NCBI GenBank assembly: GCA_035286595.1
Contig: DATEDA010000158.1
Span: forward strand, 6 to 64,005
Reading direction: 5' to 3'
DNA length: 64,000 nucleotides
From: Burkholderiales bacterium
GTDB lineage: Bacteria > Pseudomonadota > Gammaproteobacteria > Burkholderiales > SG8-39
Below the pieces are notes generated by a model. The model searched no databases. It was not told the origin of the DNA and saw only the letters and a list, made by a program, of their open reading frames with translations. The first letter of the stretch is position 1, and each line of letters starts with the position of its first letter. Both the position numbers and the translations under genes were made by a program. Positions 8,374 through 20,473 of the stretch are shown in pieces.

Positions 8374-9357
8374 TCAGAGCCCGAGCAAGCGCCGCGCGTT
8401 GCCCTCCACCACGAGGGCTTTTTCCTCGGCCGTGAAGCCAGGGTGGTCGGTCACGATCTCGACCGGCCGCTCGAGCGCGATCGGGAAGCAGTAGTCGCTG
8501 CCCATCATCACGCGGTCCGCGCCGACCAGCGTCTTCAGATAGTCGAGCGCCGGCCCGTGATAGCTGATGGTGTCGTAGTAGAAACGCCGCAGATACTCGA
8601 GCGGGGACGTCTTGTGGTGCGCGAGCTCCGGGCGCTTCTCCCAGCCGCGGTTGAGCCGGCCGACGAGGTAGGGGAACGCGCCGCCGGCGTGCGGCAGGCA
8701 GACCGCGAGCTTCGGAAAGCGGTCGAGCACGCCGCCGAAGATGAGGTGCGCGGCGGCGATCGCGGTCTCGAACGGGTTCCCGAGCAGGTTCTGCAGGTAG
8801 TGCGCCTTCAATCGCTCGGGCGCGATGACCGTGTTCGGATGGAGGAACACCGGCAGGCCCGCGGCCTCGATCGCCTCGTACGCCGGGAAGAACATCGGAT
8901 CCGAGAGCTCGCGCCCGGCGATCGCGGTCGCCATGTACACGCCGCGCGTGCCGGGGAGCCGGCGCGCGCGCTCGAGCTCCTTCACCGCCGCCTCGGGGTA
9001 GTTCATCGGCAGCATCGCGAGCGAAACCAGCCGCTCGGGATGGCGCTGGTGTGCCGTCGCGGCTGAGTCGTTGTAGGCCTCGGAGAGCTTCTGGGCGAGC
9101 GCGGCGTCCGCCCAGTACACCATCGGGAGCGACAGGGACATCGCGTGCAGCGCGACACCCTGTTCGTTCATTGCCTCGATCCGGGCATCGACGTTCGTGA
9201 AGCGCGGGTTCAGCGGACCGGCCTGGATGGGGCCCGCTTTCAGCACCGGCTTCCCTTCGACCTCGCCGACCTCGCCGCCGCAGCGCGGTCCCTCGGCCTT
9301 CCAGATCGCGATGAGCTCGGCCGGATAGAAGTGGGCATGAATGTCGATCGGGCTCAT
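8374..9357 (-). CDS. amidohydrolase-2 family protein (ACMSD/LigW-like non-oxidative decarboxylase family)
   Basis: Motifs seen are IDIHAHF, FLHPN, LPHAGG and MGSDYCFP. Confidence 0.85.
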   Translation of the reverse strand: MSPIDIHAHFYPAELIAIWKAEGPRCGGEVGEVEGKPVLKAGPIQAGPLNPRFTNVDARIEAMNEQGVALHAMSLSLPMVYWADAALAQKLSEAYNDSAATAHQRHPERLVSLAMLPMNYPEAAVKELERARRLPGTRGVYMATAIAGRELSDPMFFPAYEAIEAAGLPVFLHPNTVIAPERLKAHYLQNLLGNPFETAIAAAHLIFGGVLDRFPKLAVCLPHAGGAFPYLVGRLNRGWEKRPELAHHKTSPLEYLRRFYYDTISYHGPALDYLKTLVGADRVMMGSDYCFPIALERPVEIVTDHPGFTAEEKALVVEGNARRLLGL

Positions 9358-9474
9358 GGGGGCGACTGTACCAGAGGTGAATTCGTCACAAGCCGTTCGG
9401 AGCTTCTCCCCACCCCGGGCGGCGCGGCTCCTCTAGTCTGAGCTCGCGAACATCAACGATCCACAGGAGCCGCC

Positions 9475-9699
9475 ATGAAAACCCAGGACGCCATTTTCCT
9501 CGCCGGTGAATCGATCCCGTTCGGCCTCGCGATCTCCGCTCCGCGCGCTATGACGCTCACCTTTCGCCGCATCGCCGGGCGCGCCCGCAAGCTCGTGGCT
9601 CGCGACGAGCTCGCCACGCGGATCGCGGCCGTAGGACTGATGTTCGGCGGGCTCGCGTGCCTGGTGTGGGTGGTCCTGGGGTACGCAGCCGCGCTCTAG
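9475..9699 (+). CDS. hypothetical small protein with a C-terminal TM helix
   Basis: ATG is preceded by AGGAG about 7 nt upstream. The C-terminus AAVGLMFGGLACLVWVVLGYAAAL is hydrophobic. No recognisable family. Confidence 0.4.
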   Translation: MKTQDAIFLAGESIPFGLAISAPRAMTLTFRRIAGRARKLVARDELATRIAAVGLMFGGLACLVWVVLGYAAAL

Positions 9700-9779
9700 G
9701 CGCGCATCCTGCCCCCGCCCGGCTTCAAGCCGCGCAGGCGGGAGGACGGAAGGGAATCCGGAGACCGCTGAAAGGCCGG

Positions 9780-10937
9780 TCAGCCCTGGCGTGCAGCGGG
9801 CTGGCCGTGAAGCAGCTCGCGGTGGTGGGCCATGAGCGCATCGAGGACGGCCTTGCGGCTTTCCGGATCGAGCATCACGGCGTCCATCCCGAGGGTGACC
9901 TTCTTGAGCAGGGGCGGCAGCAACGTCACCAGGCGCGCCCGCTCGCCGGCCTCGAGCCTGGGACGCAGGCTCCAGAGGAGCTCCCGCAGCGTTCCGACCG
10001 CTTCCTGCCAGGACGCGCCTTCGGCGCCGCCGCCCGCATGCGCGCGCACGAGCACGCCGTGCCAGCTCTGCCGCACGAAGATCTCGACGGCGGGTGGCAG
10101 ACTCGCCCCGGCGAGCTCGGTCTCGACTGCGCGCGCCGCCACCGCTTCGGCGTCCGGGGACTTCGCCGCCGGCGGGGACGACGCTGCCGGCGATGCGCCT
10201 GCGGGACTCGCGGGCGTCGTCGCAGCCCCCGGCGCGGATCTCGACACCGCGGCCGCTACACCCAGCCCGCCAAGCGCCTTGTTGACCGCGCGGTACACGT
10301 CGAGGACCGGCTGCGCAAGACGCTGCTCCAGCTCCTGGCGGACGGCGCGCAACACCCGGCCCTCGATCTTCACGGCCGCGAAGCCGGCGAACACCGCGCG
10401 GGCGATCGTGAGCGGGCCGAGCGGGTTGTCGCCGTCGTTGATCGCGGGGTGCCGGAAGAGCGTGGCGAAGCGTGCCGAGAGCTCGCCGAGCTCCGCGCCG
10501 GCGTGCTCCTTCAGGCGGGAGCTGAGCCGGCCGATCGCCGCCTCGTTCTCGAGCACGTTGGTCTTGAGCGCCTGCAGCTCGCCGCGGTCGAGGTCCCGCG
10601 CGAGCATCCCCTTCCCCTGCAGCGCGCGCACGCGCTCCTCGAACCGCGCGGCGAACTCCTTCCGGAACGCCGGGAGGAACTGCTCACGCTCGTGGAAAAG
10701 AGACTGCGCAGCGCGCAGATACTGCTCCCGCTCCTCCCGGTCGCGGCTGTGCTGGCCGGTGTCACTCAGCTTGGGGGCCAGGGCGTCGAGGAGCTGCTGG
10801 AGCTCGCCGCCCAAATGCTTCTCCGCCGCGGCACGGCACTGGATCAGGACGGACCCCCGGTCGAGGGTGGCGGCGGCCGACACGAAATAGTCCTCTGCTC
10901 GATGCTCGCAAGGCCACTCGCGCTCGCGCCGGGGCAT
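9780..10937 (-). CDS. DUF1631-like protein (short form)
   Basis: Blocks resembling DUF1631 are present (NPLGPLTIARAVF...VLDVYRAVNKAL; VEIFVRQSWHGVL...WQEAVGTLRELLWSL; LLPPLLKKVTLGM). The first ATG (MPRRER) was chosen; the track start at 11033 is GTG. Family assignment is from memory. Confidence 0.6.
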   Translation of the reverse strand: MPRREREWPCEHRAEDYFVSAAATLDRGSVLIQCRAAAEKHLGGELQQLLDALAPKLSDTGQHSRDREEREQYLRAAQSLFHEREQFLPAFRKEFAARFEERVRALQGKGMLARDLDRGELQALKTNVLENEAAIGRLSSRLKEHAGAELGELSARFATLFRHPAINDGDNPLGPLTIARAVFAGFAAVKIEGRVLRAVRQELEQRLAQPVLDVYRAVNKALGGLGVAAAVSRSAPGAATTPASPAGASPAASSPPAAKSPDAEAVAARAVETELAGASLPPAVEIFVRQSWHGVLVRAHAGGGAEGASWQEAVGTLRELLWSLRPRLEAGERARLVTLLPPLLKKVTLGMDAVMLDPESRKAVLDALMAHHRELLHGQPAARQG

Positions 10938-11119
10938 CCGGGCGGCCGGAGGCTCCACGCAGTGTACGCAGGCGGACGAGCGGGACGGAAGGCACCATGC
11001 CGCATCGGCCGGGTGGCGATGTGGCGCATTCACGCTGCGACGCCGCGCGCTCGCGGCGTCAGCGAGAATCGTTCACGTTGAGTCGAGTTTGCGACGCCGG
11101 GAGCGGGCCTGCGCGGCGG

Positions 11120-12007
11120 TCAGTTCCGCGGCTTCCGGTACAGCGTCACGAGCACGGCGGGATCGTCATCGCCCCGGCCCTGAGCGGCGAGCACGCGGAA
11201 CAGCTCGCGCGCGAGCCCGGCCATCGGCAGCGGCGTGCCGGTCGAGCGCGCGAGATCGGCCGCGTTGTCGAGGTCCTTGAGGAACAGGTTCGCGGCGCCG
11301 ATCGGCTCCGCGTAGCCGCTCACCATCCGCGGCACCCAGATCCGCAGCGGCATCGAATCGGCGAATCCGCCGGCGAACGCCTCCGGAAGGCGGCTGGCGT
11401 CGACGCCCGCGCTCTGCGCCAACGTCACCGCTTCCGCGATCACGGCGAGCGCGCTCCCGACGATCACCTGGTTGCAGAGCTTGGTCGTCTGCCCCGCACC
11501 GGCCGGCCCCATGTGGGTGATGTTGCGGGCGTATGCCACGAGCGCCGGCCGCACCCGGTCGACGGCCTCCGGATGCCCGCCGCACATGATGGCGAGCGTC
11601 CCCTCCTGCGCGCCCTTCACGCCCCCGGAGACCGGGGCGTCGACCCACTGCATGCTGCTCCGGCTCGCGAGCCGCTCGGCGAAGGTGCGCGTCGCGTCGG
11701 GCTGGATCGAGGAGTGGTCGACGAGCACCTTGCCGCGGCCTTCCGCCTCGGCGACGCCGTCGGGCCCGAACGCGACCTCCTCGACCGCGCGCGTGTCGAG
11801 CAGGCAGAGCATCACGATGTCCGCGGCCTTCGCCGCGTCGCGCGGCGTGGCCGCCTCGATCGCGCCCCGCTCGAGCGCGGGAGCGAGCTTGCCGCGGCTG
11901 CGATTCCACACGTGGACGCGGTACCCGCTCTGCAGCAGGCGCAGCGTCATCGGCAGCCCCATCAGGCCGAGGCCGAGGAAGGCGAGGGTCGGTTTCTCAG
12001 TTGCCAC
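11120..12007 (-). CDS. NAD(P)-dependent oxidoreductase, 3-hydroxyisobutyrate dehydrogenase (HIBADH)/tartronate semialdehyde reductase family
   Basis: Motifs FLGLGLMG, DAPVSGG and GAGQTTKLCNQ are present. The GTG at 12007 has AAGGGAG 6 nt upstream. The alternative TTG at 12013 sits too close to the SD. Confidence 0.85.
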   Translation of the reverse strand: MATEKPTLAFLGLGLMGLPMTLRLLQSGYRVHVWNRSRGKLAPALERGAIEAATPRDAAKAADIVMLCLLDTRAVEEVAFGPDGVAEAEGRGKVLVDHSSIQPDATRTFAERLASRSSMQWVDAPVSGGVKGAQEGTLAIMCGGHPEAVDRVRPALVAYARNITHMGPAGAGQTTKLCNQVIVGSALAVIAEAVTLAQSAGVDASRLPEAFAGGFADSMPLRIWVPRMVSGYAEPIGAANLFLKDLDNAADLARSTGTPLPMAGLARELFRVLAAQGRGDDDPAVLVTLYRKPRN

Positions 12008-12028
12008 GTTCAACTCCCTTGAGGGGCC

Positions 12029-13741
12029 TCATTCGTTCGGCCAGTCGACCGCGCCCGAATGCGTCACCGCGCCGAGGTTCGCCGATCCGACCAGCTTCGC
12101 ATACTTTTCGAGGGCACCGGCGAGCGGCTCGGCCCGCCGCGGCCGCCACCCGGCGCGGCGGCGCGCGATCTCGGCCGCGTCGACGAGCCACTCGATCGTA
12201 CAGGCGTTCGCGTCGATGCGGACGCGATCGCCGTCCGTGACCAGCGCGATCGGCCCGCCCACCGCGGCTTCGGGGCAAGCGTAGCCGATGGCGAGCCCGC
12301 GCGTCGCGCCGGAGAACCGGCCGTCCGTCAACAGCGCCACCCGCTCTCCCATTCCCTGGCCGTAGAGGAGCGCGGTCAGGCCGAGCATCTCGCGCATGCC
12401 GGGACCCCCGACCGGGCCTTCGTTGCGGACGACGATGACCTCGCCCGCCTGATACGCGCGCGAGCGCACCGCGGATGCCGCGTCCTCCTCGCACTCGAAG
12501 ACCCGCGCGCGACCCTCGAACCGGAGCGATTTCAGCCCCGCGATCTTGATCAGCGCGCCGTCGGGGCACAGGTTTCCCTTCAGCACGACCAGGCCGCCCG
12601 ACGGATGAATCGGCGCGGCGGCCGGCCGGATCACCGTCCCGTCGGCGCCGGGCGCGTCCGCGAGCGCCTCCTGCAGCGGCCGGCCCGAGAGCGTCGGGCA
12701 GTCGCCGTGGAGAAAGCCGCCGTCGAGCAGCGCTTTCAGCACCGCGCGCGCGCCGCCGACGTAATGCAGGTCGCGCGCGAGGTACTTGCCGCCCGGCTGC
12801 AGGTCCGCGATCAGCGGCGTCCGGCGGAACACCGCGCCGACGTCGTCGAACGTGAAGCGGATGTCGGCCTCGTGCGCGATGGCCGGCACGTGCAGCGCCG
12901 CGTTCGTCGAGCCGCCGGTCGCGGCGACCGCGGCGCAGGCGTTCTCGAGGCTCCGGCGGGTCACGAGGTCCCGCGGCAGCGGGCCGCCCTCGCGCAGGAT
13001 CCTCATCACCGTCGCGCCCGCGCGGCGCGCGAGCGCGAGCCGGTCGGAGTAGACCGCGGGCAGCATCGCCGACCCCGGCTCCGCGAGGCCGAGCGCCTCC
13101 GACACCATCGCCATGGTGTTGGCGGTGAACTGCCCCGGGCAGGCGCCGAGCGTCGGGGCGCATTCGCGCTCGATCGCGGCGAGCTCGGCTTCGGTCATCT
13201 CGCCGATCGACAGCGCGCCGACGCCCTCGTAGGCGGTGAGCACGCTCACCTCGCGCCCGCGCCAGACGCCCGGGAGCATCGAGCCGCCGTACATGAACAC
13301 GCTCGGGCAGTTGAGGCGCACCATCGCCATCATCATCCCGGGCAGCGTCTTGTCGCAGCCGGCGAACGCGACCAGCCCGTCGTAGCCGTGCCCCCGCACG
13401 ACCAGCTCGACCGAGTCGGCGATCAGATCGCGCGACACGAGGCTCATGCGCATGCCGCGGTGGTTCATCGCGACGCCGTCCGAGACCGAGATCGTGGTCA
13501 TCTCGAACGGGGTTCCGCCCGCGGCGGCGACGCCGAGCTTCGCGGCTTCGGCCTGCGGGCGCAGCGACATCGAGCAGGGGGTGTTCTCGCCGTGCGTGCT
13601 GACGACTGCGACGAAGGGCTTCGCGATCGCCGCGTCGTCCAGCCCCATCGCGCGCAGGAACGTGCGGTGCGGGGTGCGGTCCACGCCCTCGACCGCGACG
13701 CGCGAGCGGCGCTTCGCCCGATCCTCCTTTGATGCGCTCAT
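12029..13741 (-). CDS. ilvD: dihydroxy-acid dehydratase (IlvD/Edd family)
   Basis: 570 aa starting at [11 protein letters not shown]. Motifs CDKTLPG, TDGRFSG and GPGMREM are present. Whether it is the branched-chain-amino-acid IlvD or a sugar-acid dehydratase cannot be decided by eye. Confidence 0.85.
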   Translation of the reverse strand: MSASKEDRAKRRSRVAVEGVDRTPHRTFLRAMGLDDAAIAKPFVAVVSTHGENTPCSMSLRPQAEAAKLGVAAAGGTPFEMTTISVSDGVAMNHRGMRMSLVSRDLIADSVELVVRGHGYDGLVAFAGCDKTLPGMMMAMVRLNCPSVFMYGGSMLPGVWRGREVSVLTAYEGVGALSIGEMTEAELAAIERECAPTLGACPGQFTANTMAMVSEALGLAEPGSAMLPAVYSDRLALARRAGATVMRILREGGPLPRDLVTRRSLENACAAVAATGGSTNAALHVPAIAHEADIRFTFDDVGAVFRRTPLIADLQPGGKYLARDLHYVGGARAVLKALLDGGFLHGDCPTLSGRPLQEALADAPGADGTVIRPAAAPIHPSGGLVVLKGNLCPDGALIKIAGLKSLRFEGRARVFECEEDAASAVRSRAYQAGEVIVVRNEGPVGGPGMREMLGLTALLYGQGMGERVALLTDGRFSGATRGLAIGYACPEAAVGGPIALVTDGDRVRIDANACTIEWLVDAAEIARRRAGWRPRRAEPLAGALEKYAKLVGSANLGAVTHSGAVDWPNE

Positions 13742-13785
13742 GGGGTCGAGAAACCTCCCCGGCGCTAGAGCGAGGGCCGACCGGG

Positions 13786-15408
13786 CTACGCGGCCTGCCG
13801 CTCGGCCTCGGCCGCCGCCTGGATCCGGGCCCGCTCCGCCCGCGACTCGCGAATCGCGTGGTCCAGCGCCTCGTCGGCGAGCTGGGTCATGGCGGCGGCG
13901 GCGTCCTTCAGGTCCGCGTGCTCCACGGCGCGCGAGATGATCTCGGCCTTGGTCGCGCCCTTCTTCTGGCCGAGGAACGGCTTGAAGAGCAGGTAGAGCA
14001 CATCGCGGGCCGGCATGTAGCGGAAGAAGCGGTAGAGCAGCTTCAGCGCCTGCCGGGTGTGGCGCGTCAGCTTGTAGATGATGAGCTTGCGCATCTCCTC
14101 GCTGCGGATCCGGTGGATCACCTCGCCGGGCAGCACGGTGGGATCGATCGAGGAGCACTTGAAGTACTTGTACCAGTCGGTCGCGTCGTTCACCAGCCCG
14201 CGGCGGACGTACTCCTGCCAGAGCGGCGTCCCGCGGTAGACGCACAGACGGTTGAAGCCGAAGGTGTCGATCCTGAGCTTCGACGCGAACTTGAAGCTCT
14301 GACGCATGTCCGCCTCGGTCTCGTCGGGGCTGCCGACCACGAAGAACCCGTGGACGATCTCGATCCCGGCGTCCTTCGCCTTGTTGACCGCGGTCTCGAT
14401 CTCCTCGAGGGTCTGCTCCTTCTTGAGCCGGTCCAGGATCTTCTGGCTGCCGCTCTCGATGCCGAACATCAACGTGCGGCAGTGGGCCTTCGCCATCGCC
14501 GGGAAGAGCTCCATGCAGGTGGAGTCCACGCGCCCCTCGCAGCCCCACTGGATGTCGATGCCGTTGTCGTTGATGCCCTTGCAGATCGCCTGGATCCGCT
14601 TCGGCTGGAGCAGGAAGTGGTCGTCGACGAAGTACACCGCCCCGTAGCCGTCGGCCTGGAGCTGCTTGAACTCGGCGATGACGTGCTCCGGGCTGCGGGA
14701 GCGCCACTTGCCCTCGTTGAAGATCGGGATGTCGCAGAAGACGCACGGCCAGGGGCAGCCGCGCGAGGTCTGCATCGTGGTGAAGCGCTCGAGCGACAGC
14801 ACCGCCGGCACGTCGAGCGGCATCGACTCCACGAAGTCGAGCGCCAGGCTCTCGCGGTCCGGGAACGGCCACTGGTCGAGGTGGCGCTCGAGCGTGCGGT
14901 TGGCGTTGTGCCGGAGCTTCCCGCCCTTTTCCTGCCAGGTGACGCCCGCCACGGTGTCGGGGTCGTCGAGCCGCTCCACGAGGTCGAGGATGAGCTGCTC
15001 GCCGTCCCCGCGGCACACGAAGTCGATCTCGGAGACCTGCAGCTTGACGAGCTGCGGGTTGAGCGACGCGAAGACGCCGCCGAACGCGATCTTCACTTTC
15101 GGATCGGCCGCGCGGATCTGGCGCGCCAGGATCTTCGCGTACGGATAGCTCGTCGTCGACAGGAAGCTCAGGCCCACGAGCGCCGGCCGCTGGCGCCGGA
15201 TCTCGTCGATGATCACATCGTTCGGCGTCTCGGGGTTGGCCTGGTCGAACATCGTGACCTCGTGGCCGGCCTGCTTCAGGACCGAGGAGAGGGACATGAT
15301 GCCGATGGGCGGAAATCCCATGATCCGGATGCGGCCATTCCTGGCGCGCGTCTTGTCGGGGATCGCGTAGAACTGCGGATCCCGGACGTGCACCAGAAAT
15401 ATTCTCAT
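13786..15408 (-). CDS. B12-binding domain-containing radical SAM protein (class B)
   Basis: N-terminal Rossmann-like B12-binding region ([17 protein letters not shown]). Radical SAM cluster motif CPWPCVFC (CxxxCxxC). Alanine/glutamate/arginine-rich C-terminal tail. Confidence 0.85.
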   Translation of the reverse strand: MRIFLVHVRDPQFYAIPDKTRARNGRIRIMGFPPIGIMSLSSVLKQAGHEVTMFDQANPETPNDVIIDEIRRQRPALVGLSFLSTTSYPYAKILARQIRAADPKVKIAFGGVFASLNPQLVKLQVSEIDFVCRGDGEQLILDLVERLDDPDTVAGVTWQEKGGKLRHNANRTLERHLDQWPFPDRESLALDFVESMPLDVPAVLSLERFTTMQTSRGCPWPCVFCDIPIFNEGKWRSRSPEHVIAEFKQLQADGYGAVYFVDDHFLLQPKRIQAICKGINDNGIDIQWGCEGRVDSTCMELFPAMAKAHCRTLMFGIESGSQKILDRLKKEQTLEEIETAVNKAKDAGIEIVHGFFVVGSPDETEADMRQSFKFASKLRIDTFGFNRLCVYRGTPLWQEYVRRGLVNDATDWYKYFKCSSIDPTVLPGEVIHRIRSEEMRKLIIYKLTRHTRQALKLLYRFFRYMPARDVLYLLFKPFLGQKKGATKAEIISRAVEHADLKDAAAAMTQLADEALDHAIRESRAERARIQAAAEAERQAA

Positions 15409-15531
15409 GTGGACTTCCTCTGCGGCAGGTCTCCCAGTCTACGCGAAAGGGCTGCCAGCCGCCGCCGCCCCCGATGCTTTGCACCTAAAATGACCGCGGC
15501 CAGCGCGCGACGCGCAGCGGGAGAGAAGCGA

Positions 15532-17895
<2,364 letters not shown>

Positions 17896-18023
17896 GCCAG
17901 CGGGAACGGCCGACGAGGTGACTGCCGAACTTGAGGTGTTGCGCGACGCCGTAGCGCGTCTCGACCGCGCGGGCGTGCGGGCGGCCCCGCTCGGGGTCGC
18001 CGATCTCCTGGACCATTGCCGCG

Positions 18024-18257
18024 ATGCAGGACACGACGCCTGAGTTCCGCCGGCTCGTCGCGGAGCGTCTGCGGCGCATGGCGCCCGAGGAACGGGTCCG
18101 TCTCTGCGCCGAGATGTTCGAAACGGCGCGTCACCTGATTGAAGCTTCGCTGCCGGCGGGCATCGGACCGCTCGAGCGGAGAAAGCGTCTCGGCGAGCGG
18201 CTCTACGGCGAATTCGCGCGCCGGGCGTTCGCCGCCTCAACTGGCTCTCCTCGCTAG
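18024..18257 (+). CDS. hypothetical small protein
   Basis: 77-aa ATG ORF (MQDTTPEFRRLVAERLRRMAPEERVRL...). It overlaps the end of a 41-aa GTG ORF (17918..18043) in another frame, so the pair could be one frameshifted gene. Confidence 0.3.
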   Translation: MQDTTPEFRRLVAERLRRMAPEERVRLCAEMFETARHLIEASLPAGIGPLERRKRLGERLYGEFARRAFAASTGSPR

Positions 18258-18430
18258 CCCGACGCCGACGTCGCCCGGGGCGCGACCCATCCTGTCGATA
18301 CCGAGGCATGGAAGAAGCAAGGGTCGGTGAAATGACCGCACCGTCCCCGCGCCGACGCCCGGCGACTGCCGCATAGCTGCGCTTGACCGTGACCGCCTGA
18401 ACGGCGTCGCGGCGCGGGGCGCTCTGCGGC

Positions 18431-18691
18431 GTGAAAATTTCCGCTGTTTCCCCTCGAAAGCAGCTGGACTCCCGTGCTTTCCCCCCTCCCCCCCGGCGGC
18501 CGATCGAATCGCTCGCCGCCGCGGCGGACGAGCTGAGCAAGGGTCAGCTCGACAAGCGATTCAGCGCCGAAGGTGTCGCCGAATTCGTGCGGCTTGCGGA
18601 AGCGCTCGAGCGGCTGCGAGCCGCCCAGCAGGCGTTCACGGCGCGCCTGCGAGCGCAGAAGGCTGGGGGCCCGCAAAAGGCCACGGCCTGA
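18431..18691 (+). pseudogene. orphan HAMP-domain-like fragment (possible remnant of a sensor/MCP gene)
   Basis: RRPIESLAAAADELSKGQLDKRFSAEGVAEFVRLAEALERL fits the HAMP pattern (P-hydrophobic-x-x-L...G-x-L...E-x-x-x-L-A-x-A). No preceding TM segment and no output domain are present. GTG start. Confidence 0.3.
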
Positions 18692-18742
18692 GGGAGTCGG
18701 CGCCGACGTCAAGCGCGACCGCGGGAGGAGTGCCGAAAAGGC

Positions 18743-19501
18743 TCAGCCCCGCCCGACGAACGGCATCTTGGTCGCCATCACGGTGACGAACTGGACGTTC
18801 GCGTCGAGTGGCAGGCTCGCCATGTAGACCACCGTCTTCGCGACGTGCGCGACGTCCATCAGCGGCTCGACCTTGATCGAGCCGTCTGCCTGCGGCACGC
18901 CCTTCGCCATCCGCTCGGCCATCTCGGTCAGCGCGTTGCCGATGTCGATCTGGCCGCACGCGATGTCGTACTTCCTCCCGTCGAGCGAGGTCGACTTGGT
19001 GAGGCCGGTGATCGCGTGCTTGGTGGCCGTGTAGGGCGAGGAGTTGGGCCGCGGCGCGTGCGCCGAGATGGAACCGTTGTTGATGATCCGCCCGCCGCGA
19101 GGCGTCTGGCTCTTCATGACCTTGAACGCTTCCTGCGTGCACAGGAACGCGCCGGTGAGGTTGGCGTTCACCACCGACTGCCACTGCTCGAAGGTCAGTT
19201 CCTCGAGCGGGATCCCGGGCGCGTTCTGACCGGCGTTGTTGAAGACGAGGTCGAGACGGCCGAACTTCTCCTTGGTCTTGGCGAAGAGGGCGCGAACGGA
19301 CACCGGATCGCTCACGTCGGTGGGAACCGCCAACGCGCGTGACGCCGCCGCGCCGGCATCCTTCACCGCCCGCTCCAGCGCGTCCGCCCGGCGTCCCGCC
19401 AGCGCGACCGAATATCCTTCTTTCAGCAGTGCGAGCGCCGTCGCCTTGCCGATGCCGGAGCCTGCACCAGTCACGATCGCGACCTTGCCGTTCGAGCTCA
19501 T
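18743..19501 (-). CDS. SDR family oxidoreductase
   Basis: Motifs [12 protein letters not shown] and YTATK are present. 252 aa. Confidence 0.85.
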   Translation of the reverse strand: MSSNGKVAIVTGAGSGIGKATALALLKEGYSVALAGRRADALERAVKDAGAAASRALAVPTDVSDPVSVRALFAKTKEKFGRLDLVFNNAGQNAPGIPLEELTFEQWQSVVNANLTGAFLCTQEAFKVMKSQTPRGGRIINNGSISAHAPRPNSSPYTATKHAITGLTKSTSLDGRKYDIACGQIDIGNALTEMAERMAKGVPQADGSIKVEPLMDVAHVAKTVVYMASLPLDANVQFVTVMATKMPFVGRG

Positions 19502-19559
19502 CGTTCGTCCTCCTGCGGCCGGATGGGAATGGGGGGCAGGAAGGATAGACCAATCGCCC

Positions 19560-20456
19560 TTACCGCGGCGCGCCTGGTTTCCGGATCAGCGCGAGCATGC
19601 GGTCCGGGTAGTCGGTCATGATCCCGTCGACCGGGAGTGCGATGAGCCGCTTCATGTCTTCCGGCTCGTTGACGGTCCAGACGTCGATCTTCAGGTTGAG
19701 TCGCCGCGCGGCGCGCACGAATCTGGGGGTGAGCACCTCGACACTCCCGAGGCGCTCGGGGACCTGAAGCGCCTCGGCGCGAGGTTCGAACAGCGGGTCG
19801 AGGAACACGGCCGTGAGCCGGAAGAATTGACGGGCCTCGTCCGCCGTCGCGGCTGTCGCGACCTGCGGGCACGCGGCGCGGAAGGCGTCCATGGGTTCCT
19901 GCCCGAACGACGCCACCACCACGCGGTGTTCCATGCCGTGCTCGCGGATGAGCGCGCAAAGGGGCTCGGACAGCGTCGGTCCCCGCGCCTTGATCTCCAG
20001 GTTTATTCGCGCTTGGGGAAGGGCCTTGAAGACCTCGTTCAGCGTAGGGACGGTGAGGCCCTCGCCCCGATGGGGGTGAGTCTTACCGCCATCCGGACTC
20101 CAGCGGTAACCGGCATCGAGCTCGCGGAGTCTCGACAGCGTCAGCGCCGCAACCGGCCCGCTGCCATCGGTCGTTCGATCGACGGTCTCGTCGTGAAGGA
20201 CCACGAGCACGCCGTCCGCAGTCTGGCGGATGTCCATTTCCAGAACGTCGACGCCCAGATCGGCCGCCTTGCGGAACGCGTGCAGCGTGTTCTCGGGCCA
20301 AAGGCCCCGTCCACCGCGATGGGCGATCACCCTGGGCTCCGTCGTCGCGGCCCAGAACGGATGCTGGGGAACCGGCTTCACCAGCGCGGCCAGGACCAGG
20401 TGAGCCGTGACCAGGCTCGCCAGCAGGACCGCGCCGACTTTCAGGAGGAGACGCAT
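19560..20456 (-). CDS. glycerophosphodiester phosphodiesterase family protein with an N-terminal membrane anchor
   Basis: 298 aa from [18 protein letters not shown]. Motifs VIAHRGG, PENT, LEMDI and VLHD are present. Confidence 0.8.
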   Translation of the reverse strand: MRLLLKVGAVLLASLVTAHLVLAALVKPVPQHPFWAATTEPRVIAHRGGRGLWPENTLHAFRKAADLGVDVLEMDIRQTADGVLVVLHDETVDRTTDGSGPVAALTLSRLRELDAGYRWSPDGGKTHPHRGEGLTVPTLNEVFKALPQARINLEIKARGPTLSEPLCALIREHGMEHRVVVASFGQEPMDAFRAACPQVATAATADEARQFFRLTAVFLDPLFEPRAEALQVPERLGSVEVLTPRFVRAARRLNLKIDVWTVNEPEDMKRLIALPVDGIMTDYPDRMLALIRKPGAPR

Positions 20457-20473
20457 GATGGGCCAGGCGAGGC

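Noticed and set aside
9780-11033. A 32-codon N-terminal extension of the DUF1631-like ORF (GTG start at 11033).
   Set aside because: The extension (MNAPHRHPADAAWCLPSRSSACVHCVEPPAAR) is Cys/Pro/His-rich and unlike the family N-terminus. The first ATG at 10937 is preferred, but this remains unresolved.
11039-11060. A 9-bp hairpin GACGCCGCG-CGCT-CGCGGCGTC downstream of the HIBADH-type gene, considered as an operon terminator.
   Set aside because: No U tract follows on the minus strand, and the hairpin overlaps the possible 5' extension of the DUF1631-like ORF. It is left uncalled.
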